Assembly (NCBI GenBank): GCA_043806915.1
Contig: JAZDGM010000102.1
Location: 4,476-68,475 of the forward strand
DNA length: 64,000 nt
Reading direction: 5' to 3'
Origin: Pseudomonadota bacterium
Lineage (GTDB): Bacteria > Desulfobacterota > Desulfarculia > Adiutricales > JAGVGV01
Position numbers and translations under genes: made by a program
Shown: piece by piece, positions 14,559 to 21,896 of the stretch
Numbering within the stretch: the first letter of the stretch is position 1
Layout: the number at the start of each line of letters is the position of its first letter
Notes under the pieces: model-generated
The model's database searches: none
The model's input: the letters and a program-made list of their open reading frames with translations, nothing else
Told to the model about the DNA's origin: nothing

Positions 14559-15436
14559 CAGGTGGTGGGGGGGGAGGTCAAAAAATGGAGCCGCGCCGCC
14601 GGGTCCCGCTGCTTAAGCTCCCTGATGACCGGTTCGGCCCACAGAACGTCTCCCAGCATGCCCGGCCTGATCAGCAGGACGGTGCGGTCCCGTTTTTCAT
14701 GCGGCCGGTTCGTTCCCTTCCGCCTCAGGATCATGAGAAACCTGGGCAGGCCGCCGTAATATCCCACCCAGGCCGGTTCCAGGCCGATGCGTCCGGCCAG
14801 GGCCGCCAGGGCGTCGGGGTTGAAAAGAAATAAGGGCGGTTCGCCCGAAAAGGTCGAGCCCGCGTCGACGTCTTCGCGGTCCAGGGCTTCGAGACACACA
14901 ACGCCGTCCCGGGTCAGCAGCCTTTCCATGAGAGCCAGTATTTCCAGGGGGTTGGGATGGTATTCAATATCCCGGACCCAGGAAACGACGTCAAAACGTT
15001 CCCAATCCGCGGGCTGGGCCGGGGCAAGCCCGGGTGGAAGGTCCAATTGATGGGGCTTGTCGGCCAACAAGGAGGTAATTTGATCGGTCTCGAGGCCCCG
15101 GGGCGCGAAGCCGGCCTGGCGGGCTTCAAGGAGCATGGTTCCTGGCCCGGGGAAAATATCCAACCATTTCCCTTCCGATATGTACCTGGAAATTTCCCTG
15201 GCCCGGACGGCGGAAACCCTTGCTTCCAGGGCTGGATAGGACCCCGGCGGGTCGGCGGGGCTTGGAGGCCGGCAGGGCGCCGCGGGCCGCGGCGAAACCT
15301 GGACCAAGCCGCAGGAGGGGCAGGCGGACAGGCGGCCGGCGCCGGACGGGTCCTTTTCCAGGGCCGTTCCGCAACCAAGGCAGGTCCCCGGTCGCGGCCC
15401 CGGTCCCTTTCCGTTCGGGTGGGATGTTGGCGTCAT
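14534..15436 (-). CDS. Zn-ribbon plus class I SAM-dependent methyltransferase plus the first ~40 aa of a GT9 domain (upstream half of the frameshifted gene)
   Basis: ORF 14534..15559; ATG at 15436 (MTPTSHPNG..). CLGCG..CPSCG ribbon. WLDIFPGPGTMLLEARQAGF..FDVVSWVRDIEYHPNPLEILALMERLLTRDGVVCLE methyltransferase fold. Ends with VLLIRPGMLGDVLWAEPVIRELKQRDPAARLHFLTSPP, the canonical GT9 N-terminus. Confidence 0.7.
   Translation of the reverse strand: MTPTSHPNGKGPGPRPGTCLGCGTALEKDPSGAGRLSACPSCGLVQVSPRPAAPCRPPSPADPPGSYPALEARVSAVRAREISRYISEGKWLDIFPGPGTMLLEARQAGFAPRGLETDQITSLLADKPHQLDLPPGLAPAQPADWERFDVVSWVRDIEYHPNPLEILALMERLLTRDGVVCLEALDREDVDAGSTFSGEPPLFLFNPDALAALAGRIGLEPAWVGYYGGLPRFLMILRRKGTNRPHEKRDRTVLLIRPGMLGDVLWAEPVIRELKQRDPAARLHFLTSPPTTCCWRVIPI
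14567..14574. repeat. G8 homopolymer (C8 on the coding strand) at the frame break between the two halves of the GT9 gene
   Basis: The coding strand reads ..CAT TTT TTG ACC TCC CCC CCC ACC ACC TGT.. and reaches a stop at 14534. One extra C gives ..TSPPHHLLLAGHPDLTG.., which continues seamlessly into ORF 13299..14558. Confidence 0.95.
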
Positions 15437-15752
15437 TGTTTCCCTGGGTTGTTCCTTTCCCGACCGGGTCGGCCTGGTTTCCAATCCCGTGAGTTCGAGG
15501 TTTGCGCAGCCCTTGAAAAACAAACGGCTTGACTGCATCACCTCTTCAGGGTCGCACAAACCCTTATTAGTTAAACCGGCCGCGGTTTCGAGACCCGTCC
15601 CTCGACCTGGAAATACCTGGTCGAGTCACGGGGGCGGCCCTATCCTTGACGGACCAGCGGTCAAATTCTTGACTAACGCCGGGCCGGCCGCCCTTGACCG
15701 GGCCGACGCAACGTCGTCGGGCCGGATTCGGGCCGGTTGACGCTGTTATTTT

Positions 15753-15770
15753 TGCAATAATATTGCCTAA
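15753..15770 (-). promoter_or_regulatory. weak sigma-54-like element (GG-N10-GC) upstream of the modification operon
   Basis: The minus strand reads TTAGGCAATATTATTGCA (consensus TGGCACG-N4-TTGCA). It sits in the only AT-rich patch of this spacer, but it is also a palindrome and lies 180-300 nt from the candidate start codons. Confidence 0.25.
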
Positions 15771-15876
15771 AGGCAAGAAAATGGGACTGGGACGGGAAAA
15801 GGGCGAAAAACGGCGTTCCCCCCGGACGAGAGCCGGGGGATAAAGAGCCTGGGATGACCCACGGCCGTAAGGGGAT

Positions 15877-15912
15877 GAAAAGGCGCCGAAGAGCCTGGTC
15901 GTTTCGGCGCCT
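15877..15912 (-). terminator. rho-independent terminator of flaG
   Basis: 10-bp stem AGGCGCCGAA/TTCGGCGCCT (15881..15890 and 15903..15912), followed on the minus strand by TTTT. Lies 12 nt after the flaG stop. Confidence 0.6.
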
Positions 15913-15924
15913 GGCTTTTCGGCC

Positions 15925-16284
15925 CTAGGCCTCCGAATTGAAGAGGGCGCCGGAAAACTCTTCCAGGTTCGCGGCGGCTTCCAGTATCGCCTCGGGGGGA
16001 AGCTGCCTCAAAACCTTATGGGTTTCCGGATCGATCACCTTAATGACGGTTCGGCCGGTGGCCTCGTGCACGGTGAATTCGAGGCTGATCTGGTGTTCGG
16101 CGGCCATGTCCTTGACCTGTTCGATGGCGGCGTCCAGGTCGGCTTGGTCCGCTTTCTTGGTCGGGGAGAGGGACTCGGTTTCGGGTTGGGGCTCGGTTGG
16201 CTGGGCGTCGACCCTGGGGACGGCGACCCGGGCGGCTAATTGAGCGTAAAGGCTGACTTCGGCGGCTTTTTTTATCTCTTCCAT
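15925..16284 (-). CDS. flaG: flagellar protein FlaG
   Basis: 119 aa. The C-terminal ISLEFTVHEATGRTVIKVIDPETHKVLRQLPPEAILE is the FlaG-family signature. AAGGA RBS. Confidence 0.8.
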   Translation of the reverse strand: MEEIKKAAEVSLYAQLAARVAVPRVDAQPTEPQPETESLSPTKKADQADLDAAIEQVKDMAAEHQISLEFTVHEATGRTVIKVIDPETHKVLRQLPPEAILEAAANLEEFSGALFNSEA

Positions 16285-16344
16285 GACTCACGTCCTTGTG
16301 AGAGTAGTTTGGTTGTTTACAACCCACTAACGGTTTCATTCCAT

Positions 16345-16372
16345 TTATCGGTTTTTCTCAAAGTTCACTTGA
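16345..16372 (-). promoter_or_regulatory. sigma-28 (FliA)-type promoter of flaG
   Basis: The minus strand reads TCAAGT-N15-CCGATAA, the same geometry as the flagellin promoter, about 60 nt upstream of the flaG ATG. Confidence 0.6.
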
Positions 16373-16397
16373 GGCTTTTTTTTTCTAATCTGAAACG

Positions 16398-16425
16398 TAA
16401 AGTTCCAGCCCCCGTTTTCCGATAA
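16398..16425 (+). promoter_or_regulatory. sigma-28 (FliA)-type promoter of the flagellin gene
   Basis: TAAAGTTC-N..-TCCGATAA, that is TAAAGT-N15-CCGATAA. The consensus is TAAAGTTT-N11-GCCGATAA, so the spacing is one nt longer. Predicts a ~150-nt leader. Confidence 0.7.
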
Positions 16426-16584
16426 GCAGTTTGAAAGTGATTTTGGCGCGGCAAATCCCGACGGAAGGAGGGTTTTGTCAATAAGTATAACGGACTGCCG
16501 GCCGAAAAAAAGTAACCTAAGGCATGGATGCCGAAAGCGCCCCAGGGAAGAATCGGGGCGAAAAATTCAAGGAGGATTTTTGTC

Positions 16585-18360
16585 ATGGCGATTTATACCA
16601 ATCATAATATTCTGGCTTCCCAGGCGGCCAGGTATCTGAATCAAAACTATTCCGCGTTGAGCGAATCCACCAACCGACTGTCATCGGGCCTCCGGATCAA
16701 TTCCGCGGCCGACGACGCCGCCGGTCTGGCCATCCGCGAGTTCATGCGGGCCGACATCGCCGTCATGAACCAGGGCTTGCGCAACGCGTCCGACGCCATC
16801 AGCTTGATCCAGACGGCCGAGGGGGCGTTGCAGGTAATCGACGAGAAGCTGATCCGGATGAAGGAGTTGGCCGAACAGGCGGCCACCGGCACCTACACCA
16901 CGGTTCAGCGCGAAATCATGAACTCCGAGTACCAGGCCATGGCGGCTGAAATCGACCGGATCGCCAACGCCACGGACTTCAACGGCATCAAGCTGCTTGA
17001 CGGCAGCATGAGCGCCCTGCATCAGACGGCCAGCCAAGTGAGCAACGGGTCCGGCGGCGCCGGTCTCAAGATTCATTTCGGCACCGGAAACCTGGCGGCG
17101 GAAGACTATTACTTCGTCAACATCTCGGATTCCCGGGCCACTTGCGCCACGGGTCTCCATGTGGGCGGAGACATCAAGTTCGCCGAAACCGAGGTTTGGA
17201 CCTCGACCACCAATTGGACCAGCTCGGCCAGCGCCGTCCATACCGGGACCTCGGGTTATTATGGATTTTTCTACGACACCGAGGCCAATTCCGCCACCGC
17301 GGGCGCCCCTCAAACCCTGTCCTACCTGACGGGCGTCTACGAGGCGGCTTCGGGCGCCACCCTGAGCCAGGTCGTCAGCGACATCAACAGCGGCACCAGG
17401 TCTCGCGTGGTGATGAATGTTTCCGGCGCCTCCACGGTCGACGACCTGGCCATTACCGGCTCCACCGAAAGCTTCGCCCTGACCATCGGCGCCAGGACCT
17501 ACGGCTTCGTGGCCAACACCGACGGCAGCGCCTGGGCCCTCAACTCCGCCGGCGCCGACGTGGTTTACGATGTCGGCGGCAGCAGCGGCGGCATGAGCGT
17601 CCGGAACTTCCTGGCCAGCGCGGTCAACAACGACGCTTCCGCCGACGTTTACGCGGTCTACGGCGCGGACTCCGATGAACTCTGGTTCTTCGCCAAGTCT
17701 TCCGGGACCAACGCCTGGGCCGTGACCGAACAGGCCCAAGCCACCACCGGAGGCGGCAATTCGGCGGTCAGCGCCCTGACCTGGACCAACGTCTCCACGG
17801 GCGTCACCAGCGGGACCGCCAGCTTCAGCCTGGGCGGACTTAATTGGGTCAACGCCTCGGTGGGCGGCAATGCCACTTCCGGGTTCACCCTGCGGGTCGA
17901 AGGCGCCAGCGCCGGCGCCGGGTTCGACATTGAGGCCTTCCAGTTCGGCGCCGCGAGCGCGTCCATCACCACGACCAGCGGCGGCATCTCCTTCGGCGCC
18001 ATTGACTTCGCAATGTCGGAAACGCGCAACGCTTCCGCGGCGGCCGCGACTTCCGCCGGCGCCCACATCCGGACCCAGTCCGCGGCCCAGGAAGCCTTGG
18101 CGGCCCTGGACTCGGCCATTACCAAGAAAGATACCACCCGCGCCAGCCTGGGTTCCTTGCAGAACCGGCTGGAAAACACCATAACCAACTTGTCCATACA
18201 GGCGGAAAACCTGCAAGCGGCTGAATCCCGGATTTCCGACGTGGACATCGCCACCGAGATGACGGAATTCACCCGGGCCAACATCATGACCCAGGCTTCC
18301 ACCTCGATGCTGGCCCAGGCCAACTCCCTGGCCCAGTTGGCCCTCAGCCTGATGGGTTAG
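16585..18360 (+). CDS. fliC: flagellin (591 aa) with a large Ser/Thr/Gly/Ala-rich central domain
   Basis: ORF 16528..18360; ATG 16585 follows AAGGAGG. The N-terminus MAIYTNHNILASQAARYLNQNYSALSESTNRLSSGLRINSAADDAAGLAI and C-terminus SLGSLQNRLENTITNL..AESRISDVDIATEMTEFTRANIMTQASTSMLAQAN are canonical D0/D1 segments. Confidence 0.95.
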   Translation: MAIYTNHNILASQAARYLNQNYSALSESTNRLSSGLRINSAADDAAGLAIREFMRADIAVMNQGLRNASDAISLIQTAEGALQVIDEKLIRMKELAEQAATGTYTTVQREIMNSEYQAMAAEIDRIANATDFNGIKLLDGSMSALHQTASQVSNGSGGAGLKIHFGTGNLAAEDYYFVNISDSRATCATGLHVGGDIKFAETEVWTSTTNWTSSASAVHTGTSGYYGFFYDTEANSATAGAPQTLSYLTGVYEAASGATLSQVVSDINSGTRSRVVMNVSGASTVDDLAITGSTESFALTIGARTYGFVANTDGSAWALNSAGADVVYDVGGSSGGMSVRNFLASAVNNDASADVYAVYGADSDELWFFAKSSGTNAWAVTEQAQATTGGGNSAVSALTWTNVSTGVTSGTASFSLGGLNWVNASVGGNATSGFTLRVEGASAGAGFDIEAFQFGAASASITTTSGGISFGAIDFAMSETRNASAAAATSAGAHIRTQSAAQEALAALDSAITKKDTTRASLGSLQNRLENTITNLSIQAENLQAAESRISDVDIATEMTEFTRANIMTQASTSMLAQANSLAQLALSLMG

Positions 18361-18411
18361 TCGCGCGGAGGCCCCCCGGCGCCTCCATGACGGTTGACCA
18401 GTGATACGACC

Positions 18412-18446
18412 GGGACGAGGAAAAATTTTCCTCGTCCCTTTTTTTT
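18412..18446 (+). terminator. rho-independent terminator of the flagellin gene
   Basis: GGGACGAGGAAAA..TTTTCCTCGTCCC perfect stem followed by T8. Confidence 0.9.
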
Positions 18447-18537
18447 AAAAAAAGTCCTCCCGGCCCGCGATGGGGTAGAGGCAAATAATTTGTTGATAAT
18501 TTTGACGAAAAAAATGATTAGTGTTTGTCGGCTTTTT

Positions 18538-18553
18538 TGGCGCGTGAATTGCT
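18538..18553 (+). promoter_or_regulatory. sigma-54 promoter of fliD-fliS
   Basis: TGGCGCG-TGAA-TTGCT (consensus TGGCACG-N4-TTGCW; GG-N10-GC spacing exact). Lies about 95 nt upstream of the fliD ATG, with an AT-rich tract upstream. Confidence 0.7.
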
Positions 18554-18646
18554 ACAACATTTCGCAGCCCCTCCACGCCTGAAACGGGACGGGGTTGGTC
18601 CCGAAACGGGCCGGAAAGGAAATACCTTAATAATAAGGAGAGACCC

Positions 18647-20803
18647 ATGGCCGCGGATGTGACCCTGGCTTCAGGGACCGCCTCGTATCTTTCGGGGAGC
18701 ATAAAATGGTCGGGTTTGGCCTCGGGCGTCGATTTCGGCACGGTGGTCGACCAGTTGGTGGAGTTGGAGAGATTGACCATCACCAACCTGACCACCTGGA
18801 GGGCCGACTGGTCGGCCAAGGTCGATTCCATTACCACGCTCAATACCAGGATGTCCGACCTGAAGACCGCGTCCAAGGACATGGATACCTTTTCCGAGTT
18901 CTATTCCAGGGTTTCCACTTCCACTGATTCCTCGGTGGTCTCGGTGACCAACAGCAGCACCGCCTCGGCCGGATCGCATTCGGTGACGGTGGGGGAAAAC
19001 ATTCCCGGACGGATGATTTCCACCAGTTACGAGGACGAAGTGGGCGTGGGCGGGACGGTTGGAGAAAAATTTATTATCACCGTCGGCGACAAGACGCTCG
19101 AGCTGACCGCCGTCGACGGGGCGGCCGGGATCGGAGAATTCGATATCAACGGGGATATCGACGCCCTGGCCCAAGCTATAAAGGACGCCGACAACGCCGC
19201 GGCCGAACAGATACTGGGAGAGGTTTACGCGGCCCAGGACAAGGACCGCGACGGGACCATTTACAAGCGCTTGGTCATAAACGCCAAGAATGCCCTGGGG
19301 GGTAGCGCCAACGCCGTCTCCATTTCCGACCCGACCAATTTGAGCCTGGACGAAAACAGCCTTGACCAGGCTTATGTCAAGGGGGAGTGGGGTGGAACGT
19401 CCACCGTTTCCTCGGGCGGAACATACAACGGCAACACCAATAAAACCTTCACCTTCAGGGTGACCAATTCGGCCACGCTCACCTCCGATCCGGAAACCAG
19501 CGGCGCGGTGATCGTCCAGTGGGCCGACAACGAGGGACATGGCGGCAAACTCACCGTGGATCAGGCGAACAAGGCTTTCGAGGTATTCCAGGGCGTCGAA
19601 ATTACTTTTGGCGAGGGCTTGGCCCTGCAGGAAAACGCCTTTACCATCGACGCCTACAATCCGACGCTGCAAGCCGCCCAGGACGTGGGGCTGGCTGCGG
19701 CGGAACAACGGGTCCATTCCGGTTTTTCCGATATGATCACCAAGCTGCATGCCGGGCCCGGGTCGGCCGAATTCGTCTATCGCTACGAAGGGGTCGAAAC
19801 AACAGTGGAAATCCCCGAGGGGGCTAAATTGCAGGACTTGGTCAACGCCATCAACATGGACCCCCTCAACCGCGGGGTGAAGGCTTCCATCGTCAACGAC
19901 GGGCAGAGCACCGCGACGTCCTACCATCTGGTCCTGACCGGTCAAAAACCCGGCGCCCAGTATTCCGTCGATATCGTCAGCGAGACCATGGATAATTTCG
20001 AGGCCGCGGACTCCGATTTCTCAACCCCCCAGAAAGCGGCCAACGCCTTGTTCAAGGTGGACGGATACCCGAGCGAGCCCGGGTATTACTTGCAGCGGTC
20101 CTCCAACACGGTCGCGGACATCATCACCGGGGTGACCCTCAACCTGAAGGGTTCCGGGACCGCGGTGGTCACGGTCAGCGACGACGTGGACGCCATTGAG
20201 GAAAAGATTAATAATTTTATAAGCTATGTCAATTACTTGCAGAACTATATCAACGTCGAGACCAGGTACGATTCCGAAACCAAGGAAAAGGGCGTGATGC
20301 TCGGCAATTACACGTACGACATCGTAAAGTCGGACGTCAACCGCCTCATGGCCGAAAGCTTGGTGCGCCAGGCCGGCGACGAGTATTCGTACGCCTATAC
20401 CCATTTGTCCCAGATCGGGATCACCTCGGACCCGGACAACGAGGGCATGTGGGTAATTGACGACGATTTATTGACGCAAGCCCTGAACGAAGACCTCGAA
20501 GGCGTGGCCCGCCTTTTTGTCCAGGACCCGGAAAGGGGCAGCAACGGCATTGCCAATAAAATGCGCGTCAAAATGGAAAAATTCACCGACTCCGTAAACG
20601 GGATCGGCAATGTTTTAATTACCAATTATAACGGCATCATGGAGCAGATCGACGAAAAGATAGCACGGGAGGAAAAGAGGGTGGCCGCGGTTCAGACCAG
20701 GTTGGAGGAAAAATTCGCCCGGCTGGAAACCGCTCTCAGCACGCTGGAAGGCCAATCCAGCTATCTTGAATCCCAGCTTAGCAATATCGTCAGCGTCAAG
20801 TAA
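18647..20803 (+). CDS. fliD: flagellar filament capping protein FliD (hook-associated protein 2)
   Basis: 718 aa; AAGGAG RBS. The N-terminal GSIKWSGLASGVDFGTVVDQLVELERLTITNL and the C-terminal coiled-coil ..RLEEKFARLETALSTLEGQSSYLESQL match FliD N and C domains. Confidence 0.9.
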   Translation: MAADVTLASGTASYLSGSIKWSGLASGVDFGTVVDQLVELERLTITNLTTWRADWSAKVDSITTLNTRMSDLKTASKDMDTFSEFYSRVSTSTDSSVVSVTNSSTASAGSHSVTVGENIPGRMISTSYEDEVGVGGTVGEKFIITVGDKTLELTAVDGAAGIGEFDINGDIDALAQAIKDADNAAAEQILGEVYAAQDKDRDGTIYKRLVINAKNALGGSANAVSISDPTNLSLDENSLDQAYVKGEWGGTSTVSSGGTYNGNTNKTFTFRVTNSATLTSDPETSGAVIVQWADNEGHGGKLTVDQANKAFEVFQGVEITFGEGLALQENAFTIDAYNPTLQAAQDVGLAAAEQRVHSGFSDMITKLHAGPGSAEFVYRYEGVETTVEIPEGAKLQDLVNAINMDPLNRGVKASIVNDGQSTATSYHLVLTGQKPGAQYSVDIVSETMDNFEAADSDFSTPQKAANALFKVDGYPSEPGYYLQRSSNTVADIITGVTLNLKGSGTAVVTVSDDVDAIEEKINNFISYVNYLQNYINVETRYDSETKEKGVMLGNYTYDIVKSDVNRLMAESLVRQAGDEYSYAYTHLSQIGITSDPDNEGMWVIDDDLLTQALNEDLEGVARLFVQDPERGSNGIANKMRVKMEKFTDSVNGIGNVLITNYNGIMEQIDEKIAREEKRVAAVQTRLEEKFARLETALSTLEGQSSYLESQLSNIVSVK

Positions 20804-20836
20804 AGTTTAACCAGGCAGGTGAAATCGGGAGGTCTT

Positions 20837-21268
20837 ATGAACGTATACGGGCAACGTCAATACAAACGCACGCAGGTCACGACGGTTGACAAGGGTCGCT
20901 TGATCGTCCTTCTTTACGAAGGGGCGATCAAGTTCCTCCGGCAGGCCAAGGAATGCACCGAGGCCGGGGACGCCGCCGGAAAGGCGGGCTTCATCAACCG
21001 GGCCCTGGATATTATCGCGGAATTGAATCAGTCCCTCAATATGAAGGACGGCGGGGAAATTTCGGTCAATCTGCGCAAGCTGTATTTGTTCTGGTCCGAT
21101 CACCTGATTCAGGGCAAGATCAAAAAGGAGTCCAAGAACATCGACGACGTCTTGAAGATGATGACTTCCCTTTGCGAGGCTTGGGACTACGCCGTGTCCC
21201 AACCCGAGGCCCAGGACGCCATTCCCAAGACGGATAGCAAAAACGTCAGGGCCCAGATGACCGTTTAG
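20837..21268 (+). CDS. fliS: flagellin-specific chaperone FliS
   Basis: ATG 20837 follows GGGAGG. MNVYGQRQYKRTQVTTVDKGRLIVLLYEGAIKFLRQA..INRALDIIAELNQSLNM..GGEISVNLRKLYLF is the FliS four-helix pattern. Confidence 0.9.
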   Translation: MNVYGQRQYKRTQVTTVDKGRLIVLLYEGAIKFLRQAKECTEAGDAAGKAGFINRALDIIAELNQSLNMKDGGEISVNLRKLYLFWSDHLIQGKIKKESKNIDDVLKMMTSLCEAWDYAVSQPEAQDAIPKTDSKNVRAQMTV

Positions 21269-21896
21269 ACGACCGCGGGGAAAAGCCCCGGCTTGGCTTT
21301 CCGATTTCATCCGACCGCAAGGATTGGCGCGCCGACGGGACGGTCCCGTTCGGCCCCGATCCGGCCCGATGCGGCCCCGATCCGGATGGTTTGGCGGCGA
21401 CCCGAAGCCGGGCGATGGCCTTTGTTCGTACCGCGTCCCTTTTTTCAATGGAGGCCGGGGGCCGGAAAGCTAGGCGGCGAGTTCCATTTTTTCGCTTCGG
21501 CCATCCCGATCCGGTCAATTCGGGTCGAGTGTTTTTCGAGGGCGGAATGCAACGTCCCTTGATCTCCAGTTTCTTATCGTCTTCTCCTCGTCAACTTCCT
21601 GGTTAAGGCTTTTCTTCCCGTTTCAAACGAACCGGGCAGGCCGCCCGCCGTTCCCCTTGGCTTGCGCGCAACCCCCCTTGGCGGCGACAGGCCCTAACCG
21701 GCCCGCTGAAGCGGTCCATGTTTTTTTCCGGGCTTGGGAAAAGGGCTGGACTCCGATCGGGAAAAAAATTACACTTTTTTCAAAGACCGAGAAAAATCGG
21801 CCCGCGCGTCGGAAGGGCCGCAACCGCGTCCGGGAAGGCAAACGGGTCGATTTCAAAAAAATATTTAACATCGAGATGTTATCCCGTGGAGGGGCG

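Noticed and set aside
16441-16457. TTTTGGCGCG, shared with the fliD sigma-54 promoter, occurs in the flagellin leader. Could it be a second sigma-54 promoter?
   Set aside because: The -12 element is missing (TGGCGCG-GCAA-ATCCC instead of TTGC) and the GG-N10-GC rule is not met. The upstream sigma-28 promoter explains flagellin transcription.
16681-19945. Minus-strand ORFs 16681..18216 (511 aa), 17658..18323 and 18671..19945 (424 aa) opposite the flagellin gene and fliD.
   Set aside because: They are antisense shadows of genes with canonical flagellin and FliD termini, and their translations are G/R/A/P-rich.
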